DNA of 45,640 nt from a virus (IMGVR_UViG_3300029873_000387); one strand, 5' to 3'. Counted from the stretch's first letter, positions 19,201-29,549 are shown. Made by a program: numbers and translations. Notes: a model not told the origin generated them from the sequence alone.

Positions 19201-22200
19201 GATATGCAGCATCTTATGACAAGCTGAAAAACGGCGACATTATGACCACAGATACGGATTTGTCCAACAATATGTGGCAGATGTTCCGTGTCAATGACAG
19301 AGATGTGACACCTGAGTTTGTTGGAAGCTCAGGAGACAATAAGAGCCGGTATCTGTCTGAACAGATTATGAAGGCTCTGGGCGTAACCGATATTGGCAAG
19401 GAACTGGAGAAGTACACAAACGAGTACGGCTATTACCAGTGGGGTGACTTCTGGGATGATTACGCAGACCAGGTCTCTCACAATATCGGAAAGATTGCGG
19501 CCTCTATCGACTATACGGAAGTTGGCTTCGAGTCCCTCTCTGATTTTGAAGCCGCTGTCGAAAAGACAAAGAACGCTGCTGTTCGTTATGGTGAGGCACG
19601 AGATGGGCTTGAAAAGGCCAATCAAGATGTTGCCGACCAGCTGAAGCTTGTTGCACAGAACAATGCCGCTTATGACGATTTAAGCACAGAAGCACAAAAT
19701 ATTGTTTCCAATTTCATTGACCGCTTTGGCGTTGATGATGTCACAAAGAAAAACTTCTGGGGGAAGATTGTTCCCGATGAAGATGCCATTACCGATATTA
19801 AGGTTCAGATAAACGACTTCATCGATAAGCTGACACCGGAAGTGCAGAATGCAATGTCCGGCCTGTTTGACCTGAAGGGGTTGTTTGATGCCGGTGACAT
19901 CAATGTTGATGAATTCCAGGAAACTGTCAATGCGATTATCAGCGACCTTGAAGCAGCTGGGTTTGACGATGATACCATCAAATACCTCAAGCTCTCATTG
20001 GAGACAGATACTGTTGAGCGGCAGCTTGCTGCTGTCAAAGAAGCCATTGGCGGCGTTGGCGGCAAGTATGATGCGCTGTTAGGCAAGATGTCTGCGCAGG
20101 AGCTGGAAATTGCTTATAACATTATTTCCGAAGAAGGCTCAATGACCTTCGAGGAATTGCAAGAGAAAATCGAATGGCTGAAATATGCCAACGCCGATAT
20201 GGTGAACACTCTCGATTTCTCCGACATGATATCCGGTCTGGATAGTGCGAAGGATGGCCTTGACAGTATTATCTCTGCAATGGACAGGCTGAACTCCGGT
20301 ACTGCCATGACAAAGCAGCAGCTTGCCAACCTCGCCTTGCAGTATCCCAAGCTTCTGGAGCAGGCAGACCTGTTTGTTGACGGGTCTATCGATGGTCAGA
20401 GACAGCTGCTGAACAGCGTTCTTGAGATGAACGAGGCAGAGTATGATGCCCAGCTGGATACCAAGATTGCTGAACTGAAAGCAACCGAACAGGTCATCAA
20501 TGACCAGCTTGCTCTTGAAACCGAAAAGGCTAACATTATTGCCGACATAAAGAACCTGAGTGTCAACGGACAGGTTCAGCAGGAGGAAGCTCTTCTTCAA
20601 AAGATGAATGAGCTCAATGACTTGCAGGGCAGAAACTATGTGGCCGAGAAAAATGGCGAGCTGACTGTAAACGAAGAAGCACTGAACAAAAAGCTGGGTG
20701 CAGAAGTTGAATATGGTCAGCAGGCGACGGAGAACATCTGGCAGCCGTATGCCAATACCATTAAGAGCGCACATACACAAGGCTTCTCCAAGTCACTTGA
20801 AGCGACCAACAACTACGGCAACAGCTTGTTTGCCAAGATTCGCAATATTGCTTCCAGCGTCTGGGGTGCGCTGAGTCAGGCTGTCAAGGACGCTACGACA
20901 GGTAACTGGCAGGGTATCTCTCACTATTTCCAGTCAGCAGTGTCTGGTGCGGTAGGTGGCACTTCAATTGACGCCGGAGATGTCACCGTCACTTTCGACG
21001 GTGCAAATACCTATGTCGGCACAGATACGCTGGACGACTGGGTTTCAAAGCAGGAGCAGGCATCTGCACAGCGTATTGCTGCGCTGGAAGATTTCAAACA
21101 GCGAACGGTCAACGCCTACAAAAATCTTGAGGCGTTGCGCGGGCTTGACCTGACAAGCATCTATGGTTCTGCCGGTAGTTCTTATGGCAGCAGAAGCGAC
21201 AGCAGCGGAAATAGCTCAGACGGTGACAGCGATACAAAAGACAAAATCAAAACTGTTGAAGAGTATATCGCTGACATTGATGCCTATTACGAAGCAGAGA
21301 AGCGGCTGCAGGCTGCACAGGAACGGGCAAACTCTCTGGCGAAAAAGCTGAAGTATGCGGAAGACCCGGCTGAAAAGATTAAGCTGTCCAGTGATTTGAT
21401 TGACGCTTATAAAGAAGAGATGGCTGCCGAGAGGGATTTGATGGAGCTGAAAAAGAGCACCATCGCATCCAATGTCGGTGCCCTTCGCGCTCTTGGGTTT
21501 GAGGTCGAGTATAACAGCGAAACAAACGAGCTGTACATTAAGAACCTTGAGCACTTGAATGAGCTTACGGCATCGTCCGCCGGAGAGTACGACACACTGC
21601 AGGAAGCGACAAACGCCCTTCGCAAGGAAACGGAAGACCTGATAGATGTGACAGAGCAGCTTAACGATGACAACATCGATGCTGCAAGCTCCATCGAGGA
21701 CTTAGGTTATCAGGTTCAGGAGACGAAGAACAATATCATCGACTACATCGAGGAAGTCTATAAGAAGCAGATAGATGCCTATCAAAAGATTATAGACCTG
21801 AGAAAAGAGATGATTGAGTCCGCTAAGGACGAGTTCGACTATGAAGCCGATATTGCCGACAAGGTCAAGGAGATAGCTGACCTGCAAGCCAGAATCGACC
21901 AGCTTGCTCTGGATGACAGCAGAAGCGCACAGGCGGAGCGAAACACCCTGATACAGGAGCTGGAAGAAAAGCAGAAAGACCTCGCGGACACACAGAGAGA
22001 CCATTCCGTTGAAGCGCAGACTGACGCTCTGGACAAGATGGGCGAAGACTATGAAGCTGATAAGGAAGCGGAACTGGAACTGCTTAGGAGTACGGTCAAT
22101 TCTTCCGAAGAGCTCTGGACGGCATTTTACCAGACGCTTCTCGGTCAGAGCGTATCTGTCGGCGCATCTATCGATGCGGAGATTTCTTCTGCATGGATAC

Positions 22201-22709
22201 GGGCTGCGGAAGCTGTAAGACAATACAGCGACGCAGTGGGCGGCGTAAGCGGTGTTGGCACCGTGGTAAGCAATGTCCCCAAATACCACGACGGCGGCGT
22301 TGTTGACGAAGCAAACCTCAGCAAGGATGAAGTCCTTGCTATTCTGCAAAAGGGCGAAGTCGTATTGAATGAGGCCAAGCAGAAGAACCTGTATCGTATC
22401 ATTGATTTCCAGACAGAACTGTCGAAGCGTCTTGGGGTGGTTATCGGTACGCTGCCGACAATCTCAGCTCCGGCGTCAGGTATCAAAGACACCATGAGCG
22501 GATTGACGCAGGACATCATCGGCGGTACCGCACAGAGCCTTGTGTTTGAACCGCACTTCGAGGTCAACATTACCCATAGCGGTGAAATGGCCGACACGGA
22601 TGCAAAGGCCTATGGCGAACGGATTGCCGATGTGGCGATTGACAAACTTTACAGCGCATTTGAGCGGCGTGGTATCAACAGCACGCGAGGCTCAAGGCTG
22701 AAACCATAA
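16290..22709 (+). CDS. Tape measure protein
   Basis: 2139 aa, Ala/Glu-rich helical; TP901-type core (LDAAMTELKKVTD...IVDKFNEVGNRFAIS); C-terminal KYHDGG...AILQKGEVVLN motif. Confidence 0.93.
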   Translation: MMTMAMDADVRLLIGVARGGADGDSEALIRKELAEIMKNIKATVTVDTKTFGEQLRKELDAISNSGKFYVNLSKIRIGAGAITDFRKQLSAVINTINLDKGTSITLTAENIGEVKSKLKDAGDAADEAARKVAAFKVQMEALGHQKTVVQRSLNGLVDSGVSESESQRVASLVEQYRLWAMSVETVRASKEATSDEYRLSLEAEGAAILENINRIYAERQAAEEAAAAEAAAARSAEAANKEKMATINEVISAYKKVSTYIDKNPRIDGTELEQLTLMREQLLGVWNDSKNAADGMTSMSKTDLRKLLSDFAALDTSITESGKKGNTLVGIISSAYKKFGGWMLVTRSLMVMVNNFKQMVTNVRALDAAMTELKKVTDETRATYAQFFNEAAVRAKSLGATLTDTITATADFARLGYSISEAAELADAALVYKNVGDGINDISEASESVISTMKAFGIEAANVMTIVDKFNEVGNRFAISSKGVGDALVRSASALAAAGNSLDESIALVTAANNVVQDPEKVGTTMKTVSMYLRAAKTEAEEAGESTEGMAESVSKLRKEILALTSGRVDIQLDEDTFKSTYQILKELSEVWGDLTDITKANIMEMIGGKRNSNVVASLLNNFADAEAVLEVAADSAGSALNENEKYLDSINGKIAQFQAAFEKLSASFVSSGLVKGVIDGGTAILETLTAIIDKLGSFPALISTITAAVTAYSGAKGKNLGIFDVVDGKIGISGGITDWSAANKNIAEYNKVLSSSIQTQQIFIKYLDGTDDSLSGYLKSLNGGKASMSGYKAYCKQAGVETKAFGASSKAAAIGVTALNTAINMLISLGIGLVIQGIITGITHLINASDEAIEKANELTNAFNEFRQTNSDNIDKLQSLKEEFETLSVGVSRYGENISLTADEYDRYKQIVQTIVDISPALSEGYSIENGYLADKNELIERAIELQEQQYKSELRQMTTTEKLSEVIKGYAASYDKLKNGDIMTTDTDLSNNMWQMFRVNDRDVTPEFVGSSGDNKSRYLSEQIMKALGVTDIGKELEKYTNEYGYYQWGDFWDDYADQVSHNIGKIAASIDYTEVGFESLSDFEAAVEKTKNAAVRYGEARDGLEKANQDVADQLKLVAQNNAAYDDLSTEAQNIVSNFIDRFGVDDVTKKNFWGKIVPDEDAITDIKVQINDFIDKLTPEVQNAMSGLFDLKGLFDAGDINVDEFQETVNAIISDLEAAGFDDDTIKYLKLSLETDTVERQLAAVKEAIGGVGGKYDALLGKMSAQELEIAYNIISEEGSMTFEELQEKIEWLKYANADMVNTLDFSDMISGLDSAKDGLDSIISAMDRLNSGTAMTKQQLANLALQYPKLLEQADLFVDGSIDGQRQLLNSVLEMNEAEYDAQLDTKIAELKATEQVINDQLALETEKANIIADIKNLSVNGQVQQEEALLQKMNELNDLQGRNYVAEKNGELTVNEEALNKKLGAEVEYGQQATENIWQPYANTIKSAHTQGFSKSLEATNNYGNSLFAKIRNIASSVWGALSQAVKDATTGNWQGISHYFQSAVSGAVGGTSIDAGDVTVTFDGANTYVGTDTLDDWVSKQEQASAQRIAALEDFKQRTVNAYKNLEALRGLDLTSIYGSAGSSYGSRSDSSGNSSDGDSDTKDKIKTVEEYIADIDAYYEAEKRLQAAQERANSLAKKLKYAEDPAEKIKLSSDLIDAYKEEMAAERDLMELKKSTIASNVGALRALGFEVEYNSETNELYIKNLEHLNELTASSAGEYDTLQEATNALRKETEDLIDVTEQLNDDNIDAASSIEDLGYQVQETKNNIIDYIEEVYKKQIDAYQKIIDLRKEMIESAKDEFDYEADIADKVKEIADLQARIDQLALDDSRSAQAERNTLIQELEEKQKDLADTQRDHSVEAQTDALDKMGEDYEADKEAELELLRSTVNSSEELWTAFYQTLLGQSVSVGASIDAEISSAWIRAAEAVRQYSDAVGGVSGVGTVVSNVPKYHDGGVVDEANLSKDEVLAILQKGEVVLNEAKQKNLYRIIDFQTELSKRLGVVIGTLPTISAPASGIKDTMSGLTQDIIGGTAQSLVFEPHFEVNITHSGEMADTDAKAYGERIADVAIDKLYSAFERRGINSTRGSRLKP

Positions 22710-22719
22710 GTAACCCAAC

Positions 22720-22752
22720 GGGGAGATACGGGCGACTGTATCTCCCCTATTT
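22720..22752 (+). terminator. Hairpin after tape measure gene
   Basis: GGGGAGATAC(GG)-GCGA-(CT)GTATCTCCCC followed by TATTT. Confidence 0.6.
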
Positions 22753-22775
22753 CAGAAAGGAGGTTTTCTCAAAGT

Positions 22776-25700
22776 ATGGTAGTTGATTTCTCAAAGATAG
22801 ACCTGCGGGAACCGCCAATGTTGATTCTTAAAAACACGACCGATGTACCGATTGGCGTGCTGGGCTATGCCATGAATATCACTGCTGATATTAAATATGA
22901 TGAAGCCTCTGTGATTGAGTTTAATCTTCCCGCACAGGTGGATGGTGAGCCTACACCGTATTATGATGCGGTCATTGGTATGCGCATTGTTGAACTGCAG
23001 AATATCGGACAGTTCATCCTTGTGAACCCCAAAGAAACCGGCGACGGTGTGAAGAAAATAAAGGCGTGCAAGGGCTATTCCCTTGAGTACGAGTTCACTT
23101 TCAAAAAGCTCTCGCTGGCAAATGCCACCTATAATTTCTGGAACCCTGTTACACCGGACAGCACATTGCTTGGCATTATCCTTGAGCTAATGCCATCATG
23201 GAGCATTGGAAGCATTGACAGCAACCTTGTCGGTAAGTATCGCACCTTTGAGGTCTCCGACGAGAATCTCTATAACTTTATCAAGGGAACGATACAGACT
23301 TCCTATAACTGCATTTTTGACTTTGATACCTATAACCGTAGAATCAATGTGAAAGATGCGTCTTCTGCGGTGCCGACCAATCCCATTTATATCTCCAACG
23401 CCAACCTTGCAAAAGAGATTACGGTCGAAGAAAACACGGAGAGCATCGTCACTCGGCTGGATGTCAACGGCGCCGATGGCGTAAACATTCGTGATGTAAA
23501 CCCCAGCGGAACCAATCAAATCATCAATCTGGATTACTTCATGAATACCGATAACTTTGACCAGGCATTGATTGACAAGTACTATGCGTGGAAGGAAAGC
23601 TATGCAAACTATCAGCTTCCTTACTACAACCTGTCTGTGGAGTATGTTCTGCAAATCATGCGCAAAACCACGGAGCAGACAGCACTGGTGGAGTTAGAGA
23701 GTGAACGGACTGTTCTGGAAAATGAACAGGCAATCATCATTCAAAGCATCGCACGAGACCTTGTGCCGCAAAGCAAACTGGATGATGTGAACGCCAGGCT
23801 TGCCGCAAAGCAAGCTGAAATCAATGCCAAGAACGAAGAAATCAAAGGCATTGAAGCTCAGGCGGCATCTATATACAGCGAGCTGGTTACGATAAACAAA
23901 GCAGCCAATTTCAAATCATACTTCACACAGGAAGAGTATTTGCAGCTTGACCGATATTTGAAGGATGACGCTGTATCAGAGAGCAGCTTTGTAGCACAGA
24001 CAACCGATTCCTATGCCGATGAAGATACCGGCAATCATGTTGTCAACAAGCTGATTGGTATTAGCGACGCCAGCATTACTTATGTGACCAATACACGCAA
24101 CAAGGAAATCTATGATGTCAAGGGCGGTAGAATCAAATCCGACTTTATTGACGCAGAGATTATCAGCGCGGCATTTGAAAAAGCGCCAAACAACAGTTTT
24201 GTGATGACGGCATATCTCGGTGCGGGCGTAACGGGCGACCGGTCTTTCCCGAAAGGGTGTATCTCTTTGACGGGAACGGTGTCTTCCGTTGCGCACGACA
24301 TGGCGGCAGACGCTGAAATCCCCGACCTGTTGGTCGGCACGAAACTGGATATTACGGTCAGTGAGGGGTATCTATACTTCACGCTGAACACCAGCGAGTA
24401 TGAAAAGCGTGCAGTCGCATGGGACTTGTTTGAATACGGCAACGAGATTCTGACCAAGGTATCGCAGCCCTCCTATACATTCGGTGTGACAAGCGCAAAC
24501 TTCTTGTGTCTTGACGATTTCGTGAAGTTCAAGAATAAGCTGCGCCACGGCGAAAAGCTCTATGTCGGTATCAGCGAGGACGAGACACTGGCTCCTATCT
24601 GTGTAGGCGTGAAGGTGAGCTTTGATTCTCCAAACGACCTGACACTGGAATTCAGCGACACATACACCTCTGGTGATAGTTCTTTCCTGTTGGCTGATTT
24701 GCTGGAGCAAAGCGTCTCAATGGGCAAGAGCGTAGACCTGAATAAGTACAACTACTCTGCGTTTATGGACAGTGGCGCCTCTACCAAGGTCAAAGACTTT
24801 ATGCAGACAGCGTTGGATGTATCCAAGAACGCAATCATGTCTTCTAAGGAGCAGGCCATCTCGTGGGGCGATTCCGGTATCCGGCTGCGCAAGTGGAGCG
24901 ATGAAGCGCATACAGAGTATGAACCGAAGCAGGTGTGGCTGAACAACAACAGCATTTTGATGACCAGCAACAACTGGTCAACGGCAGAGTTGGCTATCGG
25001 CAACTTCTACGATGAGAACCTCGGGGATTGCTGGGGCATCGTTGCTCCCAATATTGTTGGTACTTTGCTCGCTGGCAGCAACCTTGTTATCGAGAGCGCA
25101 AAGCAGGATGGCGGCGTATCGGTGTTCAAGGTAGATGCCGAGGGGTGTGTATTGCACAACAGCAACTTCAGCATCACCAACGAGAAGAGCAACTCGCATA
25201 TTCTCTTAGACCCGATGCATGGTCTGATGATTGGTAAGTATCCGCTTATCAACAATAAGGGTGTCGTAGACGACGATAAGAAGCTTTTCTATGCGGATAC
25301 TAACGGCAACCTGACACTGAAAGGCACCATCTACGCTACAGCCGGTTCTTTTAGTGGCGAAGTCACTGCGCTGAGTGGATACATCGGCCAGCCGTCACAG
25401 GGTTGGACTATTATCAGCGATGCAATTTACAACGGGAAGCCTTCGTTCTCCAGTACCACTTCCGGCATCTATATTGGAACGGACGGCATTTCTCTTGGAA
25501 CGGCAAGCAACTATATCCGCGCCAATAAGAACGGCTACCTGCTTGCAAACAATGTGAGCATTTCTGGCAAGGTTGAGGCAACCAGCGGTATTATTGGCGG
25601 CTGCGAAATCTCCAATGGAACGCTGCAGGTCAGCAATGCAAACATCGTCAGTATCAATGCCAGCAAGATTACGGCAGGCACTATGTCAGCCGACAGAATC

Positions 25701-26306
25701 AGCGGCGGTACGATTGATGCGACTGATGTGACCATCAAAAATCTGAACGCCAGTAATATTACATCGGGCACCATCAACGGCAATATTATCAAGGTGACGA
25801 ACCTGAGCGCAAGCAACATCACTTCTGGTACGCTGAATTGTACCAATGTTACCGTTACCAACCTTCGGGCAGATAGCATTACTGTTGGCAAGTTGACGGC
25901 AAGCCAAATATCGGGACTGCCTGCGAGCCAAATTACCTCTGGTCAGTTTAACACGCAGAGAATCCCGGAGCTTAATTGCAGCAAGATTACTTCCGGTACT
26001 TTTGACCCGGTGCGTATTCCGAACCTGTCTGCAGATAAGATTACAACGGGCACGCTTTCCGCAAACAGAATCAGAGGCGGCGCCTTATCTGGATGTTCCA
26101 TCAGCATCGGAAGTTTTAGTGTCAATTCTTCCGGGCAAGTGTCATTGGGCTATGTAAGAGATATGTCCATTTATGGGTATTGCCGCACACGAGGCTGGGC
26201 TACATATACTGGTATCTCTGACTCAATTCCGTACATGAACAATACGATTGACCAGTGGCTATTGTATGTTGTCAAAGGCATTGTTGTTGGATATTCAAAC
26301 AATTAA
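22776..26306 (+). CDS. Baseplate hub / Tal-like minor tail protein with C-terminal spike repeats
   Basis: 1176 aa: N-terminal hub-like region (FDFDTYNRRINV, IVTRLDVNG), coiled coil, GIVAPNIVGTLLAG motif and C-terminal repeats. Confidence 0.75.
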   Translation: MVVDFSKIDLREPPMLILKNTTDVPIGVLGYAMNITADIKYDEASVIEFNLPAQVDGEPTPYYDAVIGMRIVELQNIGQFILVNPKETGDGVKKIKACKGYSLEYEFTFKKLSLANATYNFWNPVTPDSTLLGIILELMPSWSIGSIDSNLVGKYRTFEVSDENLYNFIKGTIQTSYNCIFDFDTYNRRINVKDASSAVPTNPIYISNANLAKEITVEENTESIVTRLDVNGADGVNIRDVNPSGTNQIINLDYFMNTDNFDQALIDKYYAWKESYANYQLPYYNLSVEYVLQIMRKTTEQTALVELESERTVLENEQAIIIQSIARDLVPQSKLDDVNARLAAKQAEINAKNEEIKGIEAQAASIYSELVTINKAANFKSYFTQEEYLQLDRYLKDDAVSESSFVAQTTDSYADEDTGNHVVNKLIGISDASITYVTNTRNKEIYDVKGGRIKSDFIDAEIISAAFEKAPNNSFVMTAYLGAGVTGDRSFPKGCISLTGTVSSVAHDMAADAEIPDLLVGTKLDITVSEGYLYFTLNTSEYEKRAVAWDLFEYGNEILTKVSQPSYTFGVTSANFLCLDDFVKFKNKLRHGEKLYVGISEDETLAPICVGVKVSFDSPNDLTLEFSDTYTSGDSSFLLADLLEQSVSMGKSVDLNKYNYSAFMDSGASTKVKDFMQTALDVSKNAIMSSKEQAISWGDSGIRLRKWSDEAHTEYEPKQVWLNNNSILMTSNNWSTAELAIGNFYDENLGDCWGIVAPNIVGTLLAGSNLVIESAKQDGGVSVFKVDAEGCVLHNSNFSITNEKSNSHILLDPMHGLMIGKYPLINNKGVVDDDKKLFYADTNGNLTLKGTIYATAGSFSGEVTALSGYIGQPSQGWTIISDAIYNGKPSFSSTTSGIYIGTDGISLGTASNYIRANKNGYLLANNVSISGKVEATSGIIGGCEISNGTLQVSNANIVSINASKITAGTMSADRISGGTIDATDVTIKNLNASNITSGTINGNIIKVTNLSASNITSGTLNCTNVTVTNLRADSITVGKLTASQISGLPASQITSGQFNTQRIPELNCSKITSGTFDPVRIPNLSADKITTGTLSANRIRGGALSGCSISIGSFSVNSSGQVSLGYVRDMSIYGYCRTRGWATYTGISDSIPYMNNTIDQWLLYVVKGIVVGYSNN
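25651..26080 (+). repeat. Degenerate coding repeats (L/I)xA(S/D)xITxGx in the Tal-like protein
   Basis: INASKITAGT, LNASNITSGT, LSASNITSGT, LRADSITVGK, LPASQITSGQ, LNCSKITSGT, LSADKITTGT. Confidence 0.85.
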
Positions 26307-26317
26307 GGAGAGCGATT

Positions 26318-26542
26318 ATGAAAGCAGCCGATTTAATTAAGGAAGTGCGCAGTAGCACACAGTTACTGTGGGACTCCCATATGCGTTATATCGAGTCTGG
26401 CGGAGAGGTGGGTATGCCTTGTTTTACGCCAGACATATTGAAGCAAAAGTTAGACCGTACTGACAGAGACATCATTGAACAGGGGTTGGCAAAAGGCGTT
26501 TATATTGAGGATGCTGAAGAATATCTCGCCAAACTTGGCTGA
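26318..26542 (+). CDS. Hypothetical protein
   Basis: RBS AAGGAG before ATG 26318; 74 aa. Confidence 0.65.
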   Translation: MKAADLIKEVRSSTQLLWDSHMRYIESGGEVGMPCFTPDILKQKLDRTDRDIIEQGLAKGVYIEDAEEYLAKLG

Positions 26543-26572
26543 TTTGTCTCAGTGTGTAAGAAAGGAAAAAGT

Positions 26573-26938
26573 ATGACTCAAGAAAAGATTAACAGAGCCT
26601 ATGAGTCTCTGATGAAACTGAACAACTTCAAGCTGCCTGTTAAAAAGGCGTATGCGGTATATAAGCTGGTTCAGGCAGCTGACAGTGCCTATCAGTTTGC
26701 GCTCACGGAGGAGCGCAAGTATCTGGACGAGTTCCACGGAACGCTGAAGGAGGACGGGAATATCACATTCCTGACTCCCAGCGACTGCACCGCATTCAAA
26801 GCAAAGCTGGATGAGCTGTGCAATATGGAAGTGGACATTGCAATCGAGGTTGTTAAGCTGGACGAAAAAGACCTGGGTGAGCAAACGCTTTCGCCTGCGG
26901 ACATTTTCAATTTGGAGGGCTTTGTTGACTTTACATAA
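26573..26938 (+). CDS. Hypothetical tail-region protein
   Basis: RBS AAAGGA; 121 aa. Confidence 0.65.
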   Translation: MTQEKINRAYESLMKLNNFKLPVKKAYAVYKLVQAADSAYQFALTEERKYLDEFHGTLKEDGNITFLTPSDCTAFKAKLDELCNMEVDIAIEVVKLDEKDLGEQTLSPADIFNLEGFVDFT

Positions 26939-26955
26939 TCGCAAGGAGGTGGACT

Positions 26956-27759
26956 ATGGCGTTTTGGGGAACTGAGTTCATTTTTGATGATATTCCCTGC
27001 TCCGAGTTCGGACTCATGGTTTACCACTTCGGTTCAAGCGGACAGGACGATGTGAATTTCCAGAACGGAGAAATCGTTGAGGATAGGATTCCGGGGAGAT
27101 ACGATGCGCTTACCTATGGGCTGGTGCAGAATCAGTCGTTGGAATATACGCTGGTTTTCGGGGCGAACATGGAGTCCCTTGATGCAAACGCAAGCCTGGA
27201 CAGGTTTGAGGTGGAGGCGATTGCCACATGGCTCACTGGGTACAGTACAAGAAAATGGCTTGTAATTGTGCAGGACGATATGGAGCCGTTTCGGTATAAG
27301 TGTACAATTTCAGAACTGAGGCTGATAACCTACGGTGATTTGCCGTGGGCTTTTTCATGCAAGGTAAGCTGCGATTCTCCGTTTGCCTATACTCTGCCAG
27401 ACGAGTACACCTATGCGGTCAGCGGTCAGTCACAGGTTCGCCTGTTTAACCGGAGCAGCTATAACGGCTTTTACAGGCCGAAGCTGGAGATAACCATGCA
27501 CAGTGGAGACAGTGTCTCCATTCAGAACTTATCGGATAACAACCGAACATTTCAATTCAAAGGGCTGCCGGGAGGCCGCTCTTTGACCATATATGTAGAC
27601 AACAAAAATCAGGTCATCACAAACAGCTTGGATTTGAACCTGTATCCATACTTCAACATGAAGTTCATGCGGCTCGTCAAAGGCGATAACTTGTTGAAGA
27701 TAACCGGAAATGCCGAGGTGAAATTCATTTGTGAGTTCCCTGTGAACATTGGAGGGTAA
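26956..27759 (+). CDS. Distal tail protein (Dit-like)
   Basis: FIFDDIPCSEFGL N-terminus, CDSPFAY, FMRLVKGDNLLKITG C-terminus typical of siphophage Dit. Confidence 0.75.
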   Translation: MAFWGTEFIFDDIPCSEFGLMVYHFGSSGQDDVNFQNGEIVEDRIPGRYDALTYGLVQNQSLEYTLVFGANMESLDANASLDRFEVEAIATWLTGYSTRKWLVIVQDDMEPFRYKCTISELRLITYGDLPWAFSCKVSCDSPFAYTLPDEYTYAVSGQSQVRLFNRSSYNGFYRPKLEITMHSGDSVSIQNLSDNNRTFQFKGLPGGRSLTIYVDNKNQVITNSLDLNLYPYFNMKFMRLVKGDNLLKITGNAEVKFICEFPVNIGG

Positions 27760-28142
27760 TGATGATTAACAATGTTTACAGTTTGCCGGAGCTTGACTTT
27801 GTCGGCGGCTCTTCTGAGGACTTGGTGTTTCATGTGTATTATGGTAAGACCAACCCGAAGCCGTTTGGATTGACGGGCTGTACGGCAAACTTTTCTATTG
27901 TCAACTTTGTGAACAAGAACGGTGCGCCTGTGGTTTCAAAAACTATGACTGTCCGTATGGACGAGGCGGAGACCTTTTACAATATCCTGTTCGTATCACT
28001 TGAACCGGATGACACCGTTGATTTGTTCGGAAAGTTTGTGTACCAAATCACGATTAAGGATATTGACAACAATGTAGATATCCCCCAGCAGGGTGTTATC
28101 TACATCCATAACAATATCAACAAGGACTTTGCACGAAAATAA
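27759..28142 (+). CDS. Baseplate-associated protein (BppU N-terminal-like, putative)
   Basis: VSLEPDDTVDLFGKFVYQITI pattern; follows Dit. Confidence 0.5.
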   Translation: MMINNVYSLPELDFVGGSSEDLVFHVYYGKTNPKPFGLTGCTANFSIVNFVNKNGAPVVSKTMTVRMDEAETFYNILFVSLEPDDTVDLFGKFVYQITIKDIDNNVDIPQQGVIYIHNNINKDFARK

Positions 28143-28180
28143 TCTTTGTTCTTAATCAGAAAATAGGAGGATAACCAGTT

Positions 28181-28588
28181 ATGAATACAACTTACTTCTT
28201 AAACCTGGCAGCGGGCAATCTTTTCGGAACCAAAACGACCCCTGAGATTCCCAGCAGCTACTATATTGGCCTGAGCACTTCTGCGCCTAATGTCAACGGC
28301 ACAAATGTGAATGAGCCTTCTACCTCTGCCGGTTACGCCAGAGTGCAGCTGACTACACTGAGCGAACCTGCATCCGGTGTTGTGACCAACACGCAGGCAA
28401 TCAACTTCAACGAGAGTACTGCTGGCTGGGGCACTATCACTCACTTCGTTATCTACGACTCCGACACTGTCGGCAGCGGCAACCTTCTGATGTACGGCGT
28501 GTTGTCTACGCCCAGAAGCGTTGAGGCAGCAACCATCATGACCATTAAGGAAGGATATTTGAGCCTGTCTGCCCAGAATCCTGCGTAA
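28181..28588 (+). CDS. Tail/baseplate structural protein
   Basis: YYIGLSTSAP...GYARVQ...WGTITHFVIYDS...GNLLMYG motif common in phage tail modules. Confidence 0.65.
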   Translation: MNTTYFLNLAAGNLFGTKTTPEIPSSYYIGLSTSAPNVNGTNVNEPSTSAGYARVQLTTLSEPASGVVTNTQAINFNESTAGWGTITHFVIYDSDTVGSGNLLMYGVLSTPRSVEAATIMTIKEGYLSLSAQNPA

Positions 28589-28605
28589 CAAGGAGCTGAT
28601 GCAAT

Positions 28606-29532
28606 ATGGCAAAGGAGTTTGATATTTATCTGAAAAGGCGCATCACAGAATGTGACCTTATCGTCTACTCCCTTCCATATCGTGACGGTCTCACAGCAAC
28701 CAACCGTATCATTCTGGAAAGCTGCCTTGAAAGCTATACCTTACAAAAGTTTGTAGCGATGCAGCTTGGCTCTGAGTTGGTCTCGCACATCGATAAGATG
28801 ATTAAGACCTGCTATGAGAGACTGAACTGGGGCACGACAATCGACGCCAACGCAGCGTTTCAAACGCTCTACACCATGAACCCGGAATCCAGCATTGTGG
28901 AACTGGCCGTTGAGGACATTCCTGCTTTGGAAACGATGTTTGCAGAGGCGGAAAGTCGCATGGTTTTGAATGCGGCTCCGCTTCTTGCGAATATTGCCAA
29001 GTCTCTTGGCTATGGACAGACCGCCATTGCGTTTGACGGCGGTGTTCGTGACACTTTGAAATGGGGACTGATGTCCCCAAGAGACCGTGTCATATTGGAT
29101 GCGGCTGTATCTGGAACGCAGGCAGTTGATTACCTCAAGGTGGATGCGCCGGTGGTGCTGGGAGCAGAAATGGTGAACCTTTGCTACCGTATAACGAGCG
29201 CAGCCAGTACGGCTATAGAAATTGCCGCCCTTGTTCTTGGCACAGAACTGCACTTCTCCTTTGGCCGAGCGTATGGCGGTATGGCCTTTGGCGCAAAAGT
29301 TTTCGGTGAGCATATGCAGAAATACGAAATCGTAGAAAACAACCTTCGTATTCTGACGGATGTTACAGAGTCCATCAGGCAGTTTGTTGGCACAGAAGGA
29401 AGTACGGTTGACCTTACCGTGAATGCAAGCACTATTCTGAAGCGTCATAGGCTGCTTGCTGAAATGGATGCAGACGAGCTTTCAGGGTATGACGACATGA
29501 CGCTGGACGAAGTTGACTTCGTCATTCTATAG
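28606..29532 (+). CDS. Hypothetical tail protein
   Basis: 308 aa with RBS AAGGAG, in operon. Confidence 0.7.
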   Translation: MAKEFDIYLKRRITECDLIVYSLPYRDGLTATNRIILESCLESYTLQKFVAMQLGSELVSHIDKMIKTCYERLNWGTTIDANAAFQTLYTMNPESSIVELAVEDIPALETMFAEAESRMVLNAAPLLANIAKSLGYGQTAIAFDGGVRDTLKWGLMSPRDRVILDAAVSGTQAVDYLKVDAPVVLGAEMVNLCYRITSAASTAIEIAALVLGTELHFSFGRAYGGMAFGAKVFGEHMQKYEIVENNLRILTDVTESIRQFVGTEGSTVDLTVNASTILKRHRLLAEMDADELSGYDDMTLDEVDFVIL

Positions 29533-29549
29533 CAATGGAGGTGATATGA

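Noticed and set aside
25651..26080. Repeats as CRISPR array or second DGR region
   Set aside because: Degenerate protein-level repeats inside a coding gene, with no repeat-spacer periodicity and no adenine-specific partner.
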